64,000 nt of DNA. It comes from Vicugna vicugna. Lineage: Eukaryota. Positions within the stretch are counted from its first letter, which is position 1. Each line of letters starts with the position of its first letter. A program made the position numbers and the translations under genes. The stretch is taken from positions 10,996,184-11,060,183 of the forward strand of contig MU058844.1 of assembly GCA_013265495.1 (NCBI GenBank). The letters are read 5' to 3'. Of the stretch, positions 1-14,820 are shown piece by piece. The notes beneath the pieces were generated by a model, which was not told the DNA's origin, searched no databases, and saw only the letters and a program-made list of their open reading frames with translations.

Positions 1-230
1 CTTTGAAAATTATGCTTAGTACTGAAATCAAATCTTGCAAACTTCAAAAACAGTTTAATTTAGAAATATGTATAGTACTATATTCAGAATTAATATTATT
101 GGTCCATAGGCTAATGACTTTACTGTCAGTGTTAATTTATACGTTCTGATAAATTAGCCAATGGAAAGTCAAAAATATTAAGGCAATAATCATTATGAGT
201 AGATCTGAAGTAACTCATAATTTACTATTA

Positions 231-442
231 TTTTTAAACATTTTTTATTGAGTTATAGTCATTTTACAGTGTTGTTTCAAACTCCAGTATAGAGCACAAT
301 TTTTCAGTTATACATGAACGTACACGTATTCATTGTCACATTTTTTTTCGCTGAGCTACCACAAGATCTTGTATGTATTTCCCTGTGCTACACTGTATAA
401 TCTTGTTTATCTATTCTACATACGCCTGTCAGTATCTACAAA
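231..442 (-). mobile_element. Young 5'-truncated L1 3' end (camelid type) with 16-bp TSD
   Basis: T-rich tail followed by ttttattgagttatagtcattttaca...ccctgtgcta. Flanks are tcataatttactatta (215-230) and tcatcatttactatta (443-458), one mismatch. Confidence 0.9.
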
Positions 443-1569
443 TCATCATTTACTATTAACCACTTTTGGTTTTGATTCTGCATTTGCCTGCAAATAATCT
501 GGAATGGTTTCCATTTGTATGCACATGCTCAGTGCATTCATACCGGCTGCAGTCATGACGGTCATCTACTTGTCTGCACAACCCTAACAGAGCTTAGTAA
601 ACACGTTTGGTGGCAAAGGTCATCAGCAGAGTAACCTTGTTGGGCAATTTAGTTACAAGGGAACTCAAATCATAATGAGAACATCATAAAAATAATGATA
701 TGGGCTATTTTTTCAATTTTAGAATTTGACTTAGGTTTGTCTCTATTTTCTCCAATATAGTGACTTTTCTCAAACTAGGATTCATATGGAGCTATCTCTA
801 AAATAGGTGGAATTCTCAAAAATGACTCTCCTGCCTCATTGTTGTCATTGAATATTCTTCCTTGGAATAATTTTGGGAGAGAAAATATGTTGCTAAATCA
901 AACACATGCTTGGATCCTACAAATACCAAATGCCCTCGATTCGTAGCACTAAGACAAAAATAAATAATATACATCAAGAAGAATAGAATGGAAAATTATG
1001 ATAGGGCTGTTATTCACAGTTTTCTTAGATCTTTTATCTCTTGATTATTTGTCACACAAAGGAAGATTTACTGAATAATTTTCAGCACTTAAGAGTTTAA
1101 TGGCACTGGCTTTTTGGATCTAAGAAGACACACGTGCGATACCATTCTTCAAAGTCTGAGGTTACCTTCTTTTGGTACCCACTACTTAGCTTTTAAGGAG
1201 AGGAAAATCTGCTTAATGGATATCACTAAAGCAGTAGATTTGTGACCCTTCCAAGCACAAGTCAAATTGTCACAGGTTTCTAGGGACATTACTGACAGTT
1301 TCCTTTTATCCTATGTGTTCTGAAGTATCTTTAAGTTTTACACCTTGAAAAGCTGTCAAAAATGCTTTCTTCCATGTATAAGTAAATACCAATTAACTGT
1401 CATTTCATGGCGGTTGCTTTAAAATTCAGTAACATCTACAACTTCTGTTAGCTATCTTGACAAATTTGTTCCAGATCTATTGCCCTTTGAATACGCAAAA
1501 TTATTCAGTCTTCTGTCTCTCATAAAACGCAGCCCTAGAAGGCAGCTATGTTAACTAGAAAGCTCAGAA

Positions 1570-1750
1570 TAGCACAAAAGTACTGAGTTTAATGCTCAGG
1601 TCAGGCATTTACTGTTTCCTATTCCTGACTAGGTCCGTTTCCTTATTTGCAAAATGAAGATGATGGAACATGATAGTGTTAATAAATGAGAAAAGCCATG
1701 TGAAAATGCTTTGTATGTAGACTGCAAGTTACAAGGTATGTTATTACTAA
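1570..1750 (+). mobile_element. MIR SINE remnant
   Basis: Core-like gtttccttatttgcaaaatgaagatgat...atgtgaaaatgctttgta. Confidence 0.65.
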
Positions 1751-2099
1751 TTATGTGTCGTTTTCTCCCAAAATCTTGCCTCTAACTAAAAACATAACTA
1801 CACATCAATAGCCCATTTTGTGCTTAATGGTCCAATGGATAAAAACAAAACAAAGCAGACAAACCAAAAACCAGTAACAGCAAACCAGCCAGCCAGCAAC
1901 AAGATTACAGTTACAGTGGAAAGGTAAGTAACGGAGGTATACACGAAAAAATCAGTAGGACTAATTCTACATGAGTCCACAAGAGAAACATAGTATAAAA
2001 TAGGGTACTATCTATATACCTAAAATCTGGAAGTATTCAAGTTAGGATCATGATTCCTACTTCATAGTTCTTATTAGAAACACTCTAGCTGCTGGTTTT

Positions 2100-2400
2100 T
2101 CAGCTAAGCCTTGAAGATAGCGAGCTATTTAAACTGATGGAGGGGAAAGAGTGACTCTGGATAGGAACTCCCAGGTAATGGAAATGTGAGTAGAGTGGGT
2201 AATGCAGATGAAAAATATGATACAAGGAGAAAATGAAGACAGTTTCAAGAAAAAGGGGTCAATTTTTAGAAGGATGAGTGAGTCAGAAGATAAAAGACTA
2301 GGACTGCAATTGATAGACACTGGGAAGCTTGAAAGGGAAGGGAAAGGAGGATGAGGATGATGTGAGTAGAAGGAAGACAGTCATGAGCAGTCTAGTTTAC
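2100..2400 (-). mobile_element. Probable L2 remnant
   Basis: Purine-rich decayed sequence resembling antisense L2 ORF2. Confidence 0.4.
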
Positions 2401-3139
2401 AATACCCTAATCTGGGGACAGCACTGTGATAGTCAAGTACAGATGTGTCCACTTTCAAGCCATGAAATTTGAATTTTTTTCCTTCTAACCGGATAAAACA
2501 GAAACCTAAAAACAAACAGCACCGGCTATATTTAAGAAAACTAAAATACAAATACTCAGTTTAGATTAATGTAAGCTGCTCTAATATAATTTGCTACTGA
2601 AGAACTGTACCTTGTGTCAACCAGTCTCTTTCTTAATCACATATCATGCTGATCGTTATTTAAAAAAAAATTCCTGAGAAATATTTAAGACTTTCAGAAT
2701 TTACATATTTTTAAATCTAAGAAAGATTAGCTAGAAGACAATCTGCCATGTATCTTTTTACTACCCAACACTTTCAGCCATGGGAATTATTAATATATCA
2801 TGTATTCAATAACACTTCTTATTTATAAACAAATATAATTCAAGTAGGCTTTTCATTATCTTCCCAACCCCTCTAATCAATATGACCAGTTCCAAGGACT
2901 TGCTCACACTCTTCCCTACAGGTTGGAAGTCCCATAAAACTTTAATAAACAACTTATTTTCAAACTCAGATCAAGTCCCCATTCTTCTCACCAATTTATT
3001 ACTAAGTGATTTTTTCCTTCTTACCTATTGTATTACGTACCACTTCACGCTTATTTTTATACTGTCGTTTACCTGTTAATTTCACTTGTACTGCAAGCTC
3101 CTCAACCAGAGAAATGTGTTTTATGCATTTGTTGTGGGT

Positions 3140-3305
3140 CAATCTTGATCCCTTTGGCATCTTCACCCTTTGACAATCTGATAGAAACTATGAGATTCCC
3201 CAGAAAAATGCATCTGCAAACATGCACACCACATCTTTCACATCATTTCAAGGCAAATATTTGGAAACCCTTGAGACAACATGGAAGCCAGGATAAGCTA
3301 TCCTG
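3140..3305. mobile_element. hAT-Charlie-type MER DNA transposon remnant
   Basis: ccctttgacaatctgatagaaactatg...ccccagaaaaatgca resembles a recalled hAT MER consensus. Confidence 0.55.
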
Positions 3306-4569
3306 TATTAGTGTAAAGTAGGAATTCAATACATACCCGTCAACAAAGATTAACTAAAGGTCTTCATACCATTTTTGATGGTTTAACAAAATTAACTGGA
3401 CCAGACACTTGGGGTGAAACTGGGGCAGAAAACTTATAATAGCTCAAGGAGGGGAAAGAGTGGGAGACTGGGGACAGGAGAAAAGCTTTGGCCTTAGGTA
3501 TTAATCTAGCTAGAGCAGCCTTCTTTTAGTAAAGATTTGTTCCCAAGTACACATTTCTTTAGAGAAGCAGGTAGTAAATCTGTGGATGCGGGCAGCCTCA
3601 GAATACAAGATGCCTTAAAGAACCTTGGGCTCCAAAGTAAAAATAGAAGTGACAGTGAGCAGGAGGAAGGAGGTGGATATGCTAGGATGCAAATCACACC
3701 CTTGGTTTCCTGATAAAGCATGACTCAGAAGCTACCAAAGATACTAACCAATCACCAGGCAGAGGTATGCTGAACAAGTAAAGTGAGGAAGAGTTCAGGA
3801 GGTCAACGGAAGAAGTGATCTCTGAAGCATTTCAAAAAGGGAACAACTCCAACAAGATTAGTAAGAAGAATAATAGCAATTATAGATACAATTATCATTA
3901 ATGGAACATTTCTCTGTGTCATGGACCATACTAATCACTTTAAATGCATTATCATTCAGTAAGTGGAATATGTTTTATTATCTCGGCAGACTGAATATGT
4001 TTATTAAAGCTTAAAAAATAGAGATGGGTCTACCCATCAGCCCAGGACATTGTACAGAAGAATATCCAGGAAAAGGAAGTAAGATGGGAAATAGGAGATG
4101 AACTGTAAGCAATCTACTTACATCTACTCTGCAGTCTTCTATATACAAGGGCAACACTTGGTCTTTGTAAATCATAAAAACTGAAAAAAAAAACCTACTT
4201 CTAAAAAATAATTGAAAAATACTTCTATATTGGAAATTAATACTTGTTATTCCTACTACTAATGATACTAACTAACACCTCACTTTTCATAGGTAGTAAG
4301 TTTGATTACCAACTATAATCTCAACATAATTTAAATGCTCTACTAATAATAATTTGGGGATGCAAAATTATGCAATCCTTTTAGGAAATAAAATTGAGTC
4401 AGTTTTAAATACTTCCATCCCCAAAAAGGTAAGCTTTCTTTCAATAAGCCAGGAATATCACATTTGGGAGACATAATCAGTGCTCTCAGACAAGCAACGA
4501 TCTCTCTCTCTTCATGGAAGGTCTGGATACTGAAATGATGCCTTTGCCATTTTAGGAGAAAGCATATAC

Positions 4570-4740
4570 TGCATTCAATTAGTCAATTTTTATTAAATAT
4601 CAGCTATGTGTGAGATATTGTTTGGGATATAAAGATAATTAAGGCACCCTCTCAACTCTAGAAGCTTATGTTGTAATAGGGAAGGTAAATAACTTACACA
4701 AAACTATGTTATAAGGTAGAAAGTGCAAGTGTCATTGGAG
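4570..4740 (-). mobile_element. L2 3' end
   Basis: cattcaattagtcaatttttattaaatatcagctatgtg...ctctagaagcttat, the antisense L2 tail pattern. Confidence 0.6.
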
Positions 4741-5859
4741 AGCCTTCTCTCCTCAGTTCCACAACCTGGCATTCTGTCCTATATTGACTTTTGAGACTCC
4801 CCAACCCTATAACTAAATAGCATTTATAGATCATGAAATCTTGTTGAACGACTTAACCTTAAATAGCTTGTAACTGTTTATCCACCATGTCTTTTATTTA
4901 AATGTTCATCTTCTTCACTCTAGCAAAAATAATACACTGTCTTATATTTTTCCCTGAAAGTATCTTGTGGGTCTTCCTTAGCTCTTTATATTATATTCTC
5001 CTTAAAAAAAAAAAAAAGGCCTTTTAAAAATCTAGAATATCTGGCTGAATGCTCACCTCATAGTAAGCAAGCAAAGGAAAAATATTTGCTTACTATGTAT
5101 TGAGACATCAGGACTATGTACTGACTAAAATACAGATCATCACAGCGTAAGGGTTATGAATATCTTTTAATTCTGAATTTGTTGTTATGCATTTGACTGC
5201 GATAAGCAACATCTGGTTGATGGTTAATTTTAGAGAATTGTATCAAATGTCTTGTAACTCTCAAAATCGGCCTTCAGCAGAGTGGGTGTCATTTGGAATG
5301 CTGGTATTGATATATTTTTGTCTAGAACAAAATTAAATGTAAAGTATCGAAAAGCAAAAACATTTCATCTAAAAACAATTTTCTTGAAAAGCAATGTCAA
5401 TCCAGGTATTTTATAGAGGATGACTTTTAGAACCAATTACACTCATTCTATATGCACGAACCTTTAATGCTTCTCTTCCTCAAATGTTTGAGTGTGCATT
5501 AGTGAGTCTTTCAAGCACAGAAAGAAGAAAAAAAGATTTCCTCTGCCACTTTCCAAGATGCCTTGAAGTTAGCACAATTTTTATCTGCCTGCCTCAAGAC
5601 AAAGAATTAGATGGCAAAGTGGCTGGGGAATGCATGTATAAAACACTAAAAGACAAAACAAAACAAAAAAAAGTGTTATGATAAGCTTGTATGATGGAAA
5701 TTATATCCATTTTTTTCATAAACAATCTATGGTAACATATTCCTTAGCTTTCCACTGTTCTCTTCATGTACCTGAGGCCCCCAAATCTAGGAAATGGGGA
5801 GAGAAGGTGTGGGCAATTTTGTTTCAAACATGAATCTACAAAGAGCAAATCTTCTCCTT

Positions 5860-6528
5860 GCTGCCACACTTGCCCCATTTGATCTATTCTAGCAAGAACA
5901 TTTTACTCAAAATGATCCTTTAAAAAAACTAACTTGGACCATGTTACCCTTCTGCTCAGAACCCTCTAATGGTTTTCCATCTCATTCAGAATAAAAGCCC
6001 AAGCTGGCCCAGTGCCCCCAGGCTCACCTCTCTGAAAGCTGACCATCTGCTCCCATGTTACCTCTCTGACATCGTCCTTTGGTGCTTCCTCAGCCCATTT
6101 CACCTGGTCCACAATAGCCTCCTTCGCTTTCCTTGAGTCACCAGTCATGTCCCATCTCTTACCGAAGCCTATTTCCTCACTTCCTTCAAATCTGTGCTCA
6201 GATATGACCTTCACTGAGTACACTATTTAAAAATGCATTTTGCCTTCATCCTCCACCTACCTCCACCACAACCTGGTACTCTCCGCTTTCTTTCTTTCTT
6301 TCCTTTTTTTTTTTTTTTGGCTTTTTTGATAGCATTTACTAAGATAAAACACACTAACAGCAAATCCCTTTCTTCTGTCCTTCTTCCCTCCCTCTCTCCT
6401 TTCCTTCTCTTCACTTAACTTCTTTTCTGCCCTCACTAAAAGGTAAGCTCTGAGGGCTGAAATGGATTATTGATACTGAATAATTTTGATCTAATGTTCA
6501 CAGTTTATTGAATTAATGAAAGAATAAA
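5860..6528 (+). mobile_element. L2 remnant
   Basis: ccatgttacccttctgctcagaaccctctaatggttttccatctcattcagaataaaa, ending ttattgaattaatgaa. Confidence 0.75.
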
Positions 6529-6599
6529 TCATCTAGATTCTATTGGCTTTAAAGCCAATCTCTTTGGCCCCTGCCAAACTGAGTCCTACCTGTAACACC

Positions 6600-6790
6600 T
6601 AACAGCTATGACTGTAAGCAGACAGCATCATTTCTCCGACCCTTAATTGTCCCATTTTCAAAATGGTCATAATAATAGTACACACCTCACAAAGGGTTTG
6701 AAGTAGTAATAAGTGAGTAATGCAACAAAATACTTAGAATAGCACCTGGCATGTAATTAAGGCTCTCTGCATGTAAACTACTAAACAAAT
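6600..6790 (+). mobile_element. MIR remnant
   Basis: aaaatggtcataataatagtacacacctcac...cttagaatagcacctggcatgta. Confidence 0.7.
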
Positions 6791-9224
6791 TCTGTAAAGA
6801 TCCCTAAAGATTTCATATTCCTTCCAACATTTCTGTGTTCATTCTTTTTGTTGTAAAATACATATCATGCAGCCAAAATAGTTAAGATCATTCTTAATTT
6901 ACATTTTAAAATACTTTAAAATCCTTAAGATTAACATAATATAGCCCCCCAAAAGACAAAAGTACAATTCTAAGATTTTACTTATAGTAGTATCTAAACA
7001 TAAAAAATATAGAAGATTATAAGCTATAATGATAGTTATTGATAAAAATATTAATTTTAAACAAGGTATTATATCTGTTGACACAAAGATACTTTGCAAT
7101 ATGAGCAAAAGAGAACTTTATAAAAATCCTTAAATATGATTAAATCTATAAAATCATTTAATGTATCATGTGAATTATCACAATCATCATAAATCACACT
7201 AGAAAATACTTAAAATTATGAAGCTGAATTAGCTTAAAGTTAAACTGAATCACTTACAATTAACATAGTGTATAGAAGTAGTTCATGTTACATTATCTGA
7301 AATTGATAGAACTCTTACTAACATATAAAACATATTAACATTACAAAATAATTGTAATTTGCATGAAACAAAATATTATCCAACATAAATAAAACTGTCT
7401 AATAACTTAAAGTGTACACAGCATTGTGTATATAATGGAACATTAATTTTAAATGTGATGTATATTTGCATATGAACATAGTATTTCTACTAGAGAATAT
7501 TAAAGGTTATTAATAATGGTTGCCTCTGGGAAGATAGAAAGGGATCTAAAGGAAGACACGTTTCAATTCACGTATTTTTGGATTATTTAAATATTTTAAA
7601 TATTTTTATGGAATACTTTTTCATTTAAAAATCAAGTTAAAATAGTTCTTTAACAACACTGCTCTTGACAGGCAATAAACCAGACTTTTCTAAAAAATAC
7701 AAGTTTCCCATGTAGAGTATTAAACATATATTGAAAATCTATAACAAAAAGAATATTTTTGTTTAGTAATAGAACTCTTCTGTGTTTTGAACGCAACAGA
7801 TATTTATGATATAATTGAGGAAATGTTTAAAAACAGAGAAGGAAGAAAAGGTAGAAAGGAAATGAAAGGAAAAAGATAAAGTAAAAGAATGACTGTTTCG
7901 AAGATAGCAATGACCAAAATAATCCAAAATAACGGTCCTGTTAAAGTAGAATAAATTATTATATAACGTGTTTTCTCTCTTAATTATCAGACAAAATACA
8001 CACTTAAATTAGTACACATTCACTTGGAACTTAATAGTGAGCTACCTGGCTGAGTTATTCTAGAGACGTAAAGACTGATTAAAGAAAGGAAGTCATGTTT
8101 CACCTTGTATGAAAATGAGAGTCAACCATAACTAATTCCAGTTCATGAAGATTTATTACCAAGGCCACACATTAACTTATTGTATTAGTTTGAAGAAAAA
8201 TAGAAATGAGCGAGAAACAAATGGGGAAAAAAAACAGCAACAAAGATAATCCAGCCAACAATATCCAAAGATGTTTAAGTTCCTACTTAACAAAGTGCTC
8301 AGCACTGCCTGGTCCATCGACACTGAGGATATAATGAAAAACAATATAAAATGTTTCCTGTACTCAGAGCACTTGAGTTCAGTCTGATGTTTTGCACTGT
8401 GATGGCAAACATTAAATTCTTCATTGCTGTAATTTTATAATTTAATGAACTACTGTTTGAAGAAAACTATAGAAATATACACATAAATTTCAGAAATTTC
8501 TGACACAGTCCAGCTTAGAGATTTTTCAGTCTCAGTAATCAGAGTAATCTCAGTAATCAGAGATTTAAAAGAATCTTATCAGCCTGCATTTCTGTTACAG
8601 TCTGTTTTATCATCGGCTAGAAGATTTAGTTTTCACGGTATTTTTTTCAGGTATTTTCTGAAAATGTGTTTTCACACCCAGAGGATGTAAGATCAGAGTG
8701 TTTCCATTACAAAGAAAAGAAACAAACAAGAAAAAAAAAATCACCCTGTGATGGCATGATTTTGAGAAAACATGGACTCAAAATAACTGGAAAAATTTCT
8801 AAGGTTAAAATTTTACCAGTATATATTTAAATCACTGCTCTACATCCCAGTTAAGATTTCCTTCAATTAAATTTAGTCTCATCAGTATCCTCACCTTTAA
8901 GATATGAATTTATAAATACATTTCTCCTTTAAAAGCAGTTAAGTATTTGGTATCTTCAAACTTAAACTCTACTTAGGGTTTCCCAAAATATAAACAAGTT
9001 TCAATTACTGTTCAAATCCCTCTCTACCACACAGAGAGTGCCGGTTTTTGACACTTCTGCTGTAATTTTGAAGAGTGACATTTTCACACTCTTGTAAAAT
9101 GGAAAAAAAAAACTGAGCATTTACCTTCAGAAATAAAGAATAGGAATTTATTTTTAAACAGCTGGCCATATTACATTGCTCATTTTACAATTTCAGTGTC
9201 TTCCAATAGCAGATACATTCCACA

Positions 9225-9735
9225 GTACTCGAAGCATAGGGAGCAGCATGTGCTAGGGCCCTGAGGCAGGAAGGAGTTTGGAATATTAAAAACCTGAAAG
9301 AAGACCAATGTGGCCAGAACACAAGAATGAGACAAAATATATGAGAAATTAGGCTGGTGAGTAGGAGGAGCCAGATAATGCATGGACTTGAAAGTCAAGG
9401 TAAGAATAGTAGAATTGAGAAGGCAAGGATGGTTTGGTTATGCTGTGGCAATGGAGGTGGAGAGAAGTAAACAGATTCAAAAGATATTTATAAGCTATAA
9501 CAATTAAGTTATTATGTATTTTAAACTTGGGGTTAAGAATGAGAGACATGCAAACAAAGATGCCTGCCAGGTTTCTAGATAACACAACTAATGGATAGTG
9601 GAATCATTCATTACAGTTAAAGACGTGGGAGAAGGACCACATTTGCTGGTGAAGAGAATAAGTTCAGTTTTTCAGTGATGAATTTGAGGTCTTTAAACAT
9701 CCAAATAGATCTGTTAAATTGGCAATTGTATTATA
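9225..9735 (-). mobile_element. L2 remnant
   Basis: ggccctgaggcaggaaggagtttgg...gaatttgaggtctttaaacatccaa. Confidence 0.75.
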
Positions 9736-10229
9736 TGTCAGCACTCCTAGTAAGACACAAATGATTTAGTTCACCCTCCAAATTTGCAAGGAGTGCTGGC
9801 ATTCTTAATCAAATAAATAGCTAGTGTTTGAGATTTAGGTAAAAGGGAAAAAAGAAAGAAAGAGGGAGAAGCTTTCCCTAAACAATGAAGAAAGCATCTT
9901 TCATGATAGTGCAAATATTCCCTCAGAGTGCAACTCATGCATTGCCTCCTCTGTGAAGCCATAGCTGCCTTGACTAATTGATTATTTACTGTCATGTGCT
10001 TTCAAAAAGCTTTGCACTTCCCTGCTACAACTTACACAAGAAGCGTCAAGAACTTGACAGCATCCTCTCCTTTCAAGTCCCACGTTGGAGTGAAGGGTGT
10101 TGTACTTCCTATGCCTTTGAAGTTACAGACCATGTACACTGGATCCGGCTAATGGTCTGTCACCAGAAATTATATACATCCAAGTAGTTAGTTCCTGGTG
10201 AGAAACCTTCCAGTGCTTTCCCCCTACTG

Positions 10230-10478
10230 CCAAACATCCTTAAGTAGTATGTTGAGATGATAGTGTTATAAGTCACTTAAGCCCTCAACAGCCTGGGTCC
10301 TTGAATCACTATGCAAATCAGAGGACCTTCCCCCTCCTCCACCACACCAAATACACAAGAACTGATCCACAATCGTTATGTAGTATGAGCAAAAAGTAAG
10401 GCTTAGGTGTTTAAGCCACTGAAGTATTCATATTTTTTGCTACTATAGCATATCTTACCCAATCCTAACTATTTCACA
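10230..10478 (+). mobile_element. MaLR (MLT1-type) LTR remnant
   Basis: 3' LTR signature tttaagccactgaag...tactatagcata...cctaacta. Confidence 0.6.
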
Positions 10479-12919
10479 GCTCACACCTGAATATATTATC
10501 ATTACTTTCTTATGGTGACTCTCTTAACTGAACTGCACTCTTCTGTAAGTAGTTGACATGATTTTCTTCAAATATTTTTGAGCAGACTGATGAATGACTG
10601 AAAAATTGATGACATAATCTCCAACCTCATCCACTATTATGAGAAAACTCACATGGATAGTAGGAAAGCCAAAAAAGCATTTCTGTGCAGAGTCACTTGA
10701 ATGTCTAATTACCTTGCAGGGAAATATCATGGTCAATTACAGATCCTCACCTGTGAGCACAGAAATGTATCAAAAAAACAGCTGGTAAAATCCCCACATC
10801 GTTAACTTAGTGACAGATTGAGGGTTTTAATATTATTTACTTATTTATATATTTGAACATAAAATTCTAAACACTTACACTCAGTCTTCATTGTTGGTTC
10901 TATAGACTACTTCTCTATTCACCAGTTTAAAGAAAGAGAAATAATCTCCTATAACATGTGTATTATCTTCCTCTACTCTATAAAACATGTCATCCATAAC
11001 CAAAAAACGGAGTACAATGTATTGACACCATTTCAACAAAAAAGAAAGCTAACAGCTTTTAATAGCTATTAACTGAATTCCTCAGAAGGTAGCAGACCAA
11101 CATGAATCTGCTTGACTGAGAATGGCCAGTGACAGCATGGGAGCCAGATTCACTGTAGGCTTAAAAAAATATAGTGTAAATTCACGCAAAACCACCTACA
11201 TGTGAATACAGCAAGAATGTTGTAATTTTTGTAGGGGAATCTTACTAAATTTTATCCTTTTGCAGTATTATACTTTATATTCAAAATAAGCCATGGCAAG
11301 TTCTTGTATATCCATTATATTATACTTGTGTGTGCCCAATGGAATCTTAAATATACTATCATTCTTTGAAAATTGGTGATACTTTTTTAGGGAAGTGTTT
11401 TTAAAACTACAGATTGTTATCCATTGGTAGGTTGTTACATTAAGTTAATTGATCATGACAAGTATTTTATTAATGAATTAGGGAAAAAAGAGAATTGAAA
11501 AGGAAGTACCAGAATATAACACCAGTAAGAAATATTTCTTTGAGCTTTTATTCATCTAGTGTGTGTCTTTGATAGCATTCTGAATTTGGATGTCTTTCAA
11601 AAACATTAGAAAATATAGATTTAGTGGATTTATTCATTCATCCATTTAATAAACTTGTTATGTAATGCTCTCTTCCTACTGTTTGTCAGGCAATAGAGAG
11701 TTAAGAGATGCTTAAAAAAATACTGCAAAATCCTGAATAATTTGCATTTAGTGGACTGGTCACATATATTCAAAATCTAAATACATTACATATGCGAAGT
11801 ATATATATAGTAAAACAAGATATTTAGGATACAAAAGAGCCTTGTTTCCATAGATAAGGAAAACAGTGTATCACTTATCGACAAGAATGGTCCATTATAA
11901 AACTCTTGCTATATTAACATATAGGTAGCTTTGTGTGGATTCAGCAAAGAATACTTCCTTTTCAAAATATGTTATCATCAAAGTATAATGTCTATAGGAG
12001 TCTTAGGGGAAAAAAGAATGCCGTTTAAGACTGACTTTTTAATTATTACTTCATTACTGCTGCAGCATATTGTGTGGTACTGCAGTCTCACAAAAGTTAA
12101 TATGCCTCTGTAAGCACCTAGTTTACTATCACAGAGTGACCTAGGTAGACTTGGGTTATTGAGTTCCTGAAACCAGGATATGAAACTAGATAGAGGAAAA
12201 ATAATTTCCGGTTAATGGTCTGAAACCCATGTTGTCTAAATGATCATCGGCACAAAATAATTTGTTTCATTATGTTTTCAGCATTTATATACTTGTGTTT
12301 CAAAAATCTAAATTCAAGTTTTCAAGTTTTGTAAGATATAATCAAACATATGCTCAAAAGGAAATTACATTGAAAAAAATCATTCTGATAAAAAGCTAAG
12401 GTGTACATACAAATTTAGAGAAATAATAAAACTGGGGGGAGGAGGCTATGTATTCAACTCCCTTACAAATGAGGGCAAAAGGAGAAAGGTTATTAAGATT
12501 TAACAAAAGATACACAGAAAGTGTCTAAGGAATCTGTGCCAAAATGAAAAGAATTTACTCTTCTAAAGATGACAATGGAGGATATAGGACACCTGAGAAT
12601 GTATTTTGAAAGTCAGGGTGGAAAAAGTATGTATTTCATGATTGTAACCATGAAAAAATAAGCATGTGAACGACTGGAAGCGTGTCACAGAGAAATAGAC
12701 ACCACACATATTTAAATAATGTTGAGGTTATGTGGGATCATGTTGTTTTGAAAATTTCCTTAATAATATTTGCAGATGGTTTTTAATTAAGATATTAAAG
12801 CAGACTTAAACTCATGAAACCAGCATGTATACAACTTCAGCTACATTTGTTTTCTCTCTCTTCAGTAAGTAGACCAAGCTCATTCCATTTACCATTTATT
12901 AGCCTGTTTTTATTATTTA

Positions 12920-13105
12920 ATAGCATTTCTCACTATTTAAAAACTACCTTAGTTATGTTCTGCTATTTTTAATTATCTGTCCTCTTCCCTAGAATGTCAG
13001 CTCCCCCAAAGCAAGGAACTTGTCTACTGTGTTTGCTTCTATATTGCCAGCACCAAAACAGTGCCTGGCACGTAACAGGCACATCATGGCACTCACTGAA
13101 GAAGT
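12920..13105 (+). mobile_element. L2 3' end
   Basis: ctagaatgtcagctcc...ccagcaccaaaacagtgcctggcacgtaacaggcac. Confidence 0.8.
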
Positions 13106-14604
13106 ACGTTATTCCTAAATAAGTCCCTTTCAGTTTGGGGAAAAGCAACGAGGAAATGTATAGTGTTTATGTGCAAATTTATTCTGTTGTATCTGTAGCA
13201 ATATATAGGTAGTTAAGAAATTTATAAATAACACTCTATAAACTCCTGGAAATAACCACCCCTATGCAAAACTAGTAACATTTTGAAATGCTGACATATA
13301 CATAGCTTGGATATAGCTTTAGTTGGCTGTTCTCAGCCCTACTGAACTCCAAATCCTCAAGTCCTCTATCTTCCTACTGAATTTAAATTAAAAAAAGAAA
13401 GAAGGAAGCAAAGGCAATAAGGCAAGGACCCAACTAGAGTTAAATGACACTCAACTCAGCCTTCAGCCTCTCAAGTTCAGCCTTTTCACACTGGTATAGC
13501 CATACTGCTTGTAAAATTATTGACTACCTCTACGCCTGTTTGTAAACAGCCATGGCTGCAAACCTTCTGAGTGCCACTCCTCTCTACATCCTCTACTATG
13601 GACCTTTGCCTAGAATTCCTTGAATCTTACCCTGACCCATCAACTAAGCATTAATGCCAGGAAAAATAAGAGCCCATTAATGCCAGCAGCCATCCTCTCT
13701 GACAGGTCAGTGCCCACACCTTATGAGTTAGGCACTTGTCACTTTTGCGGGCCCTACCTCTAATAATTTTCTTTCTTTTAGCAACAGAACTCTTGGTCCA
13801 GGTAGCCGAGTGATACATCATTGCACAATTCTCAAATCCAGGGATGACACAAAACTCAGCTTAGAAAACTAATATGTTGCATAGCTTCCTCCATAGTGAT
13901 GGGTTCGGGGCAAGGGGCCCAAGTGGTTCCAGCCAAGCTTTTCCTGGAAATTTTGGGGGGAAAAAGATGTTCGCTTTACATGGAGATTTCTTACATGAGC
14001 GTATTCTCACCACTGCAAAGAAAGAGCCTGTTTTTAAAGCAAGCAATGACAGAGAGAAGCACAAGACAGGAAGTAGGGAGGGGTTGGGGTGGTAGGGTAA
14101 TAGGTCTGGTCTTGATCAAATGGCTTGATTTCCTATTTCGAGCTATGACAAAATCCAGAAAATTCTAGATTTTATGATAATATGACCGCTAAAGCCCCTT
14201 TTCTTTCTTAAAACATTTGGTTAGGTGGCATTTTTGAACGTGAAAAAAAAAGAGTCCCTGATTAATAAAAAAAAAAAAAAAGCAAGGGGAAGGGTGGTCA
14301 GACCTGCCATTTATTAACAGAGGGCCAATTTGCAAACATTATTACCTTTCCATTCCTGGTGAAATGAAACTTTCAGTAATGAAATGCCTTACTGAAGCTC
14401 ACCATGCCAGAGTACAGTTTTATACCCAGATCTATGAGACTCCAAATCTCATGCTTTTATCATAGTGCCGTGATGGTTTTATTGACTCAAACTAAGAAGT
14501 GAAGTTTGCTTTTGACTCTTCGGTCTCTTTTGATCCCCTCTAACTCTTTGCTACCATCTGTGCTGCATCTTCTACCACTAAGGAGTTTACGGATTATCTG
14601 ATTT

Positions 14605-14820
14605 CCTATGGTTCAGTGTTGGCTCTGTCAATAGACCACTTGGGTTTCAATCCAATTCCTACTACGTAACACTTGTAGGACCTTGGCAAGTTACTTTTCC
14701 ATACTTTCCTCATTTAAAAAATTATAGACAAATTAGCACCAATCTCATAAGATTCTTGGGGCTACTGAATGGAATGATATATGGAAAGTACATAAAAAAG
14801 TACCTGACACAGTAAGAAAA
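14605..14820 (+). mobile_element. MIR SINE
   Basis: ctgtcaatagaccacttgggtttcaatcc...gaccttggcaagttactt...ttcctcatt...tacctgacacagtaag. Confidence 0.8.

Noticed and set aside
8530..8562. 15-bp direct repeat tctcagtaatcagag
   Set aside because: Two copies with an 18-bp period; an ordinary slippage duplication, not an array.
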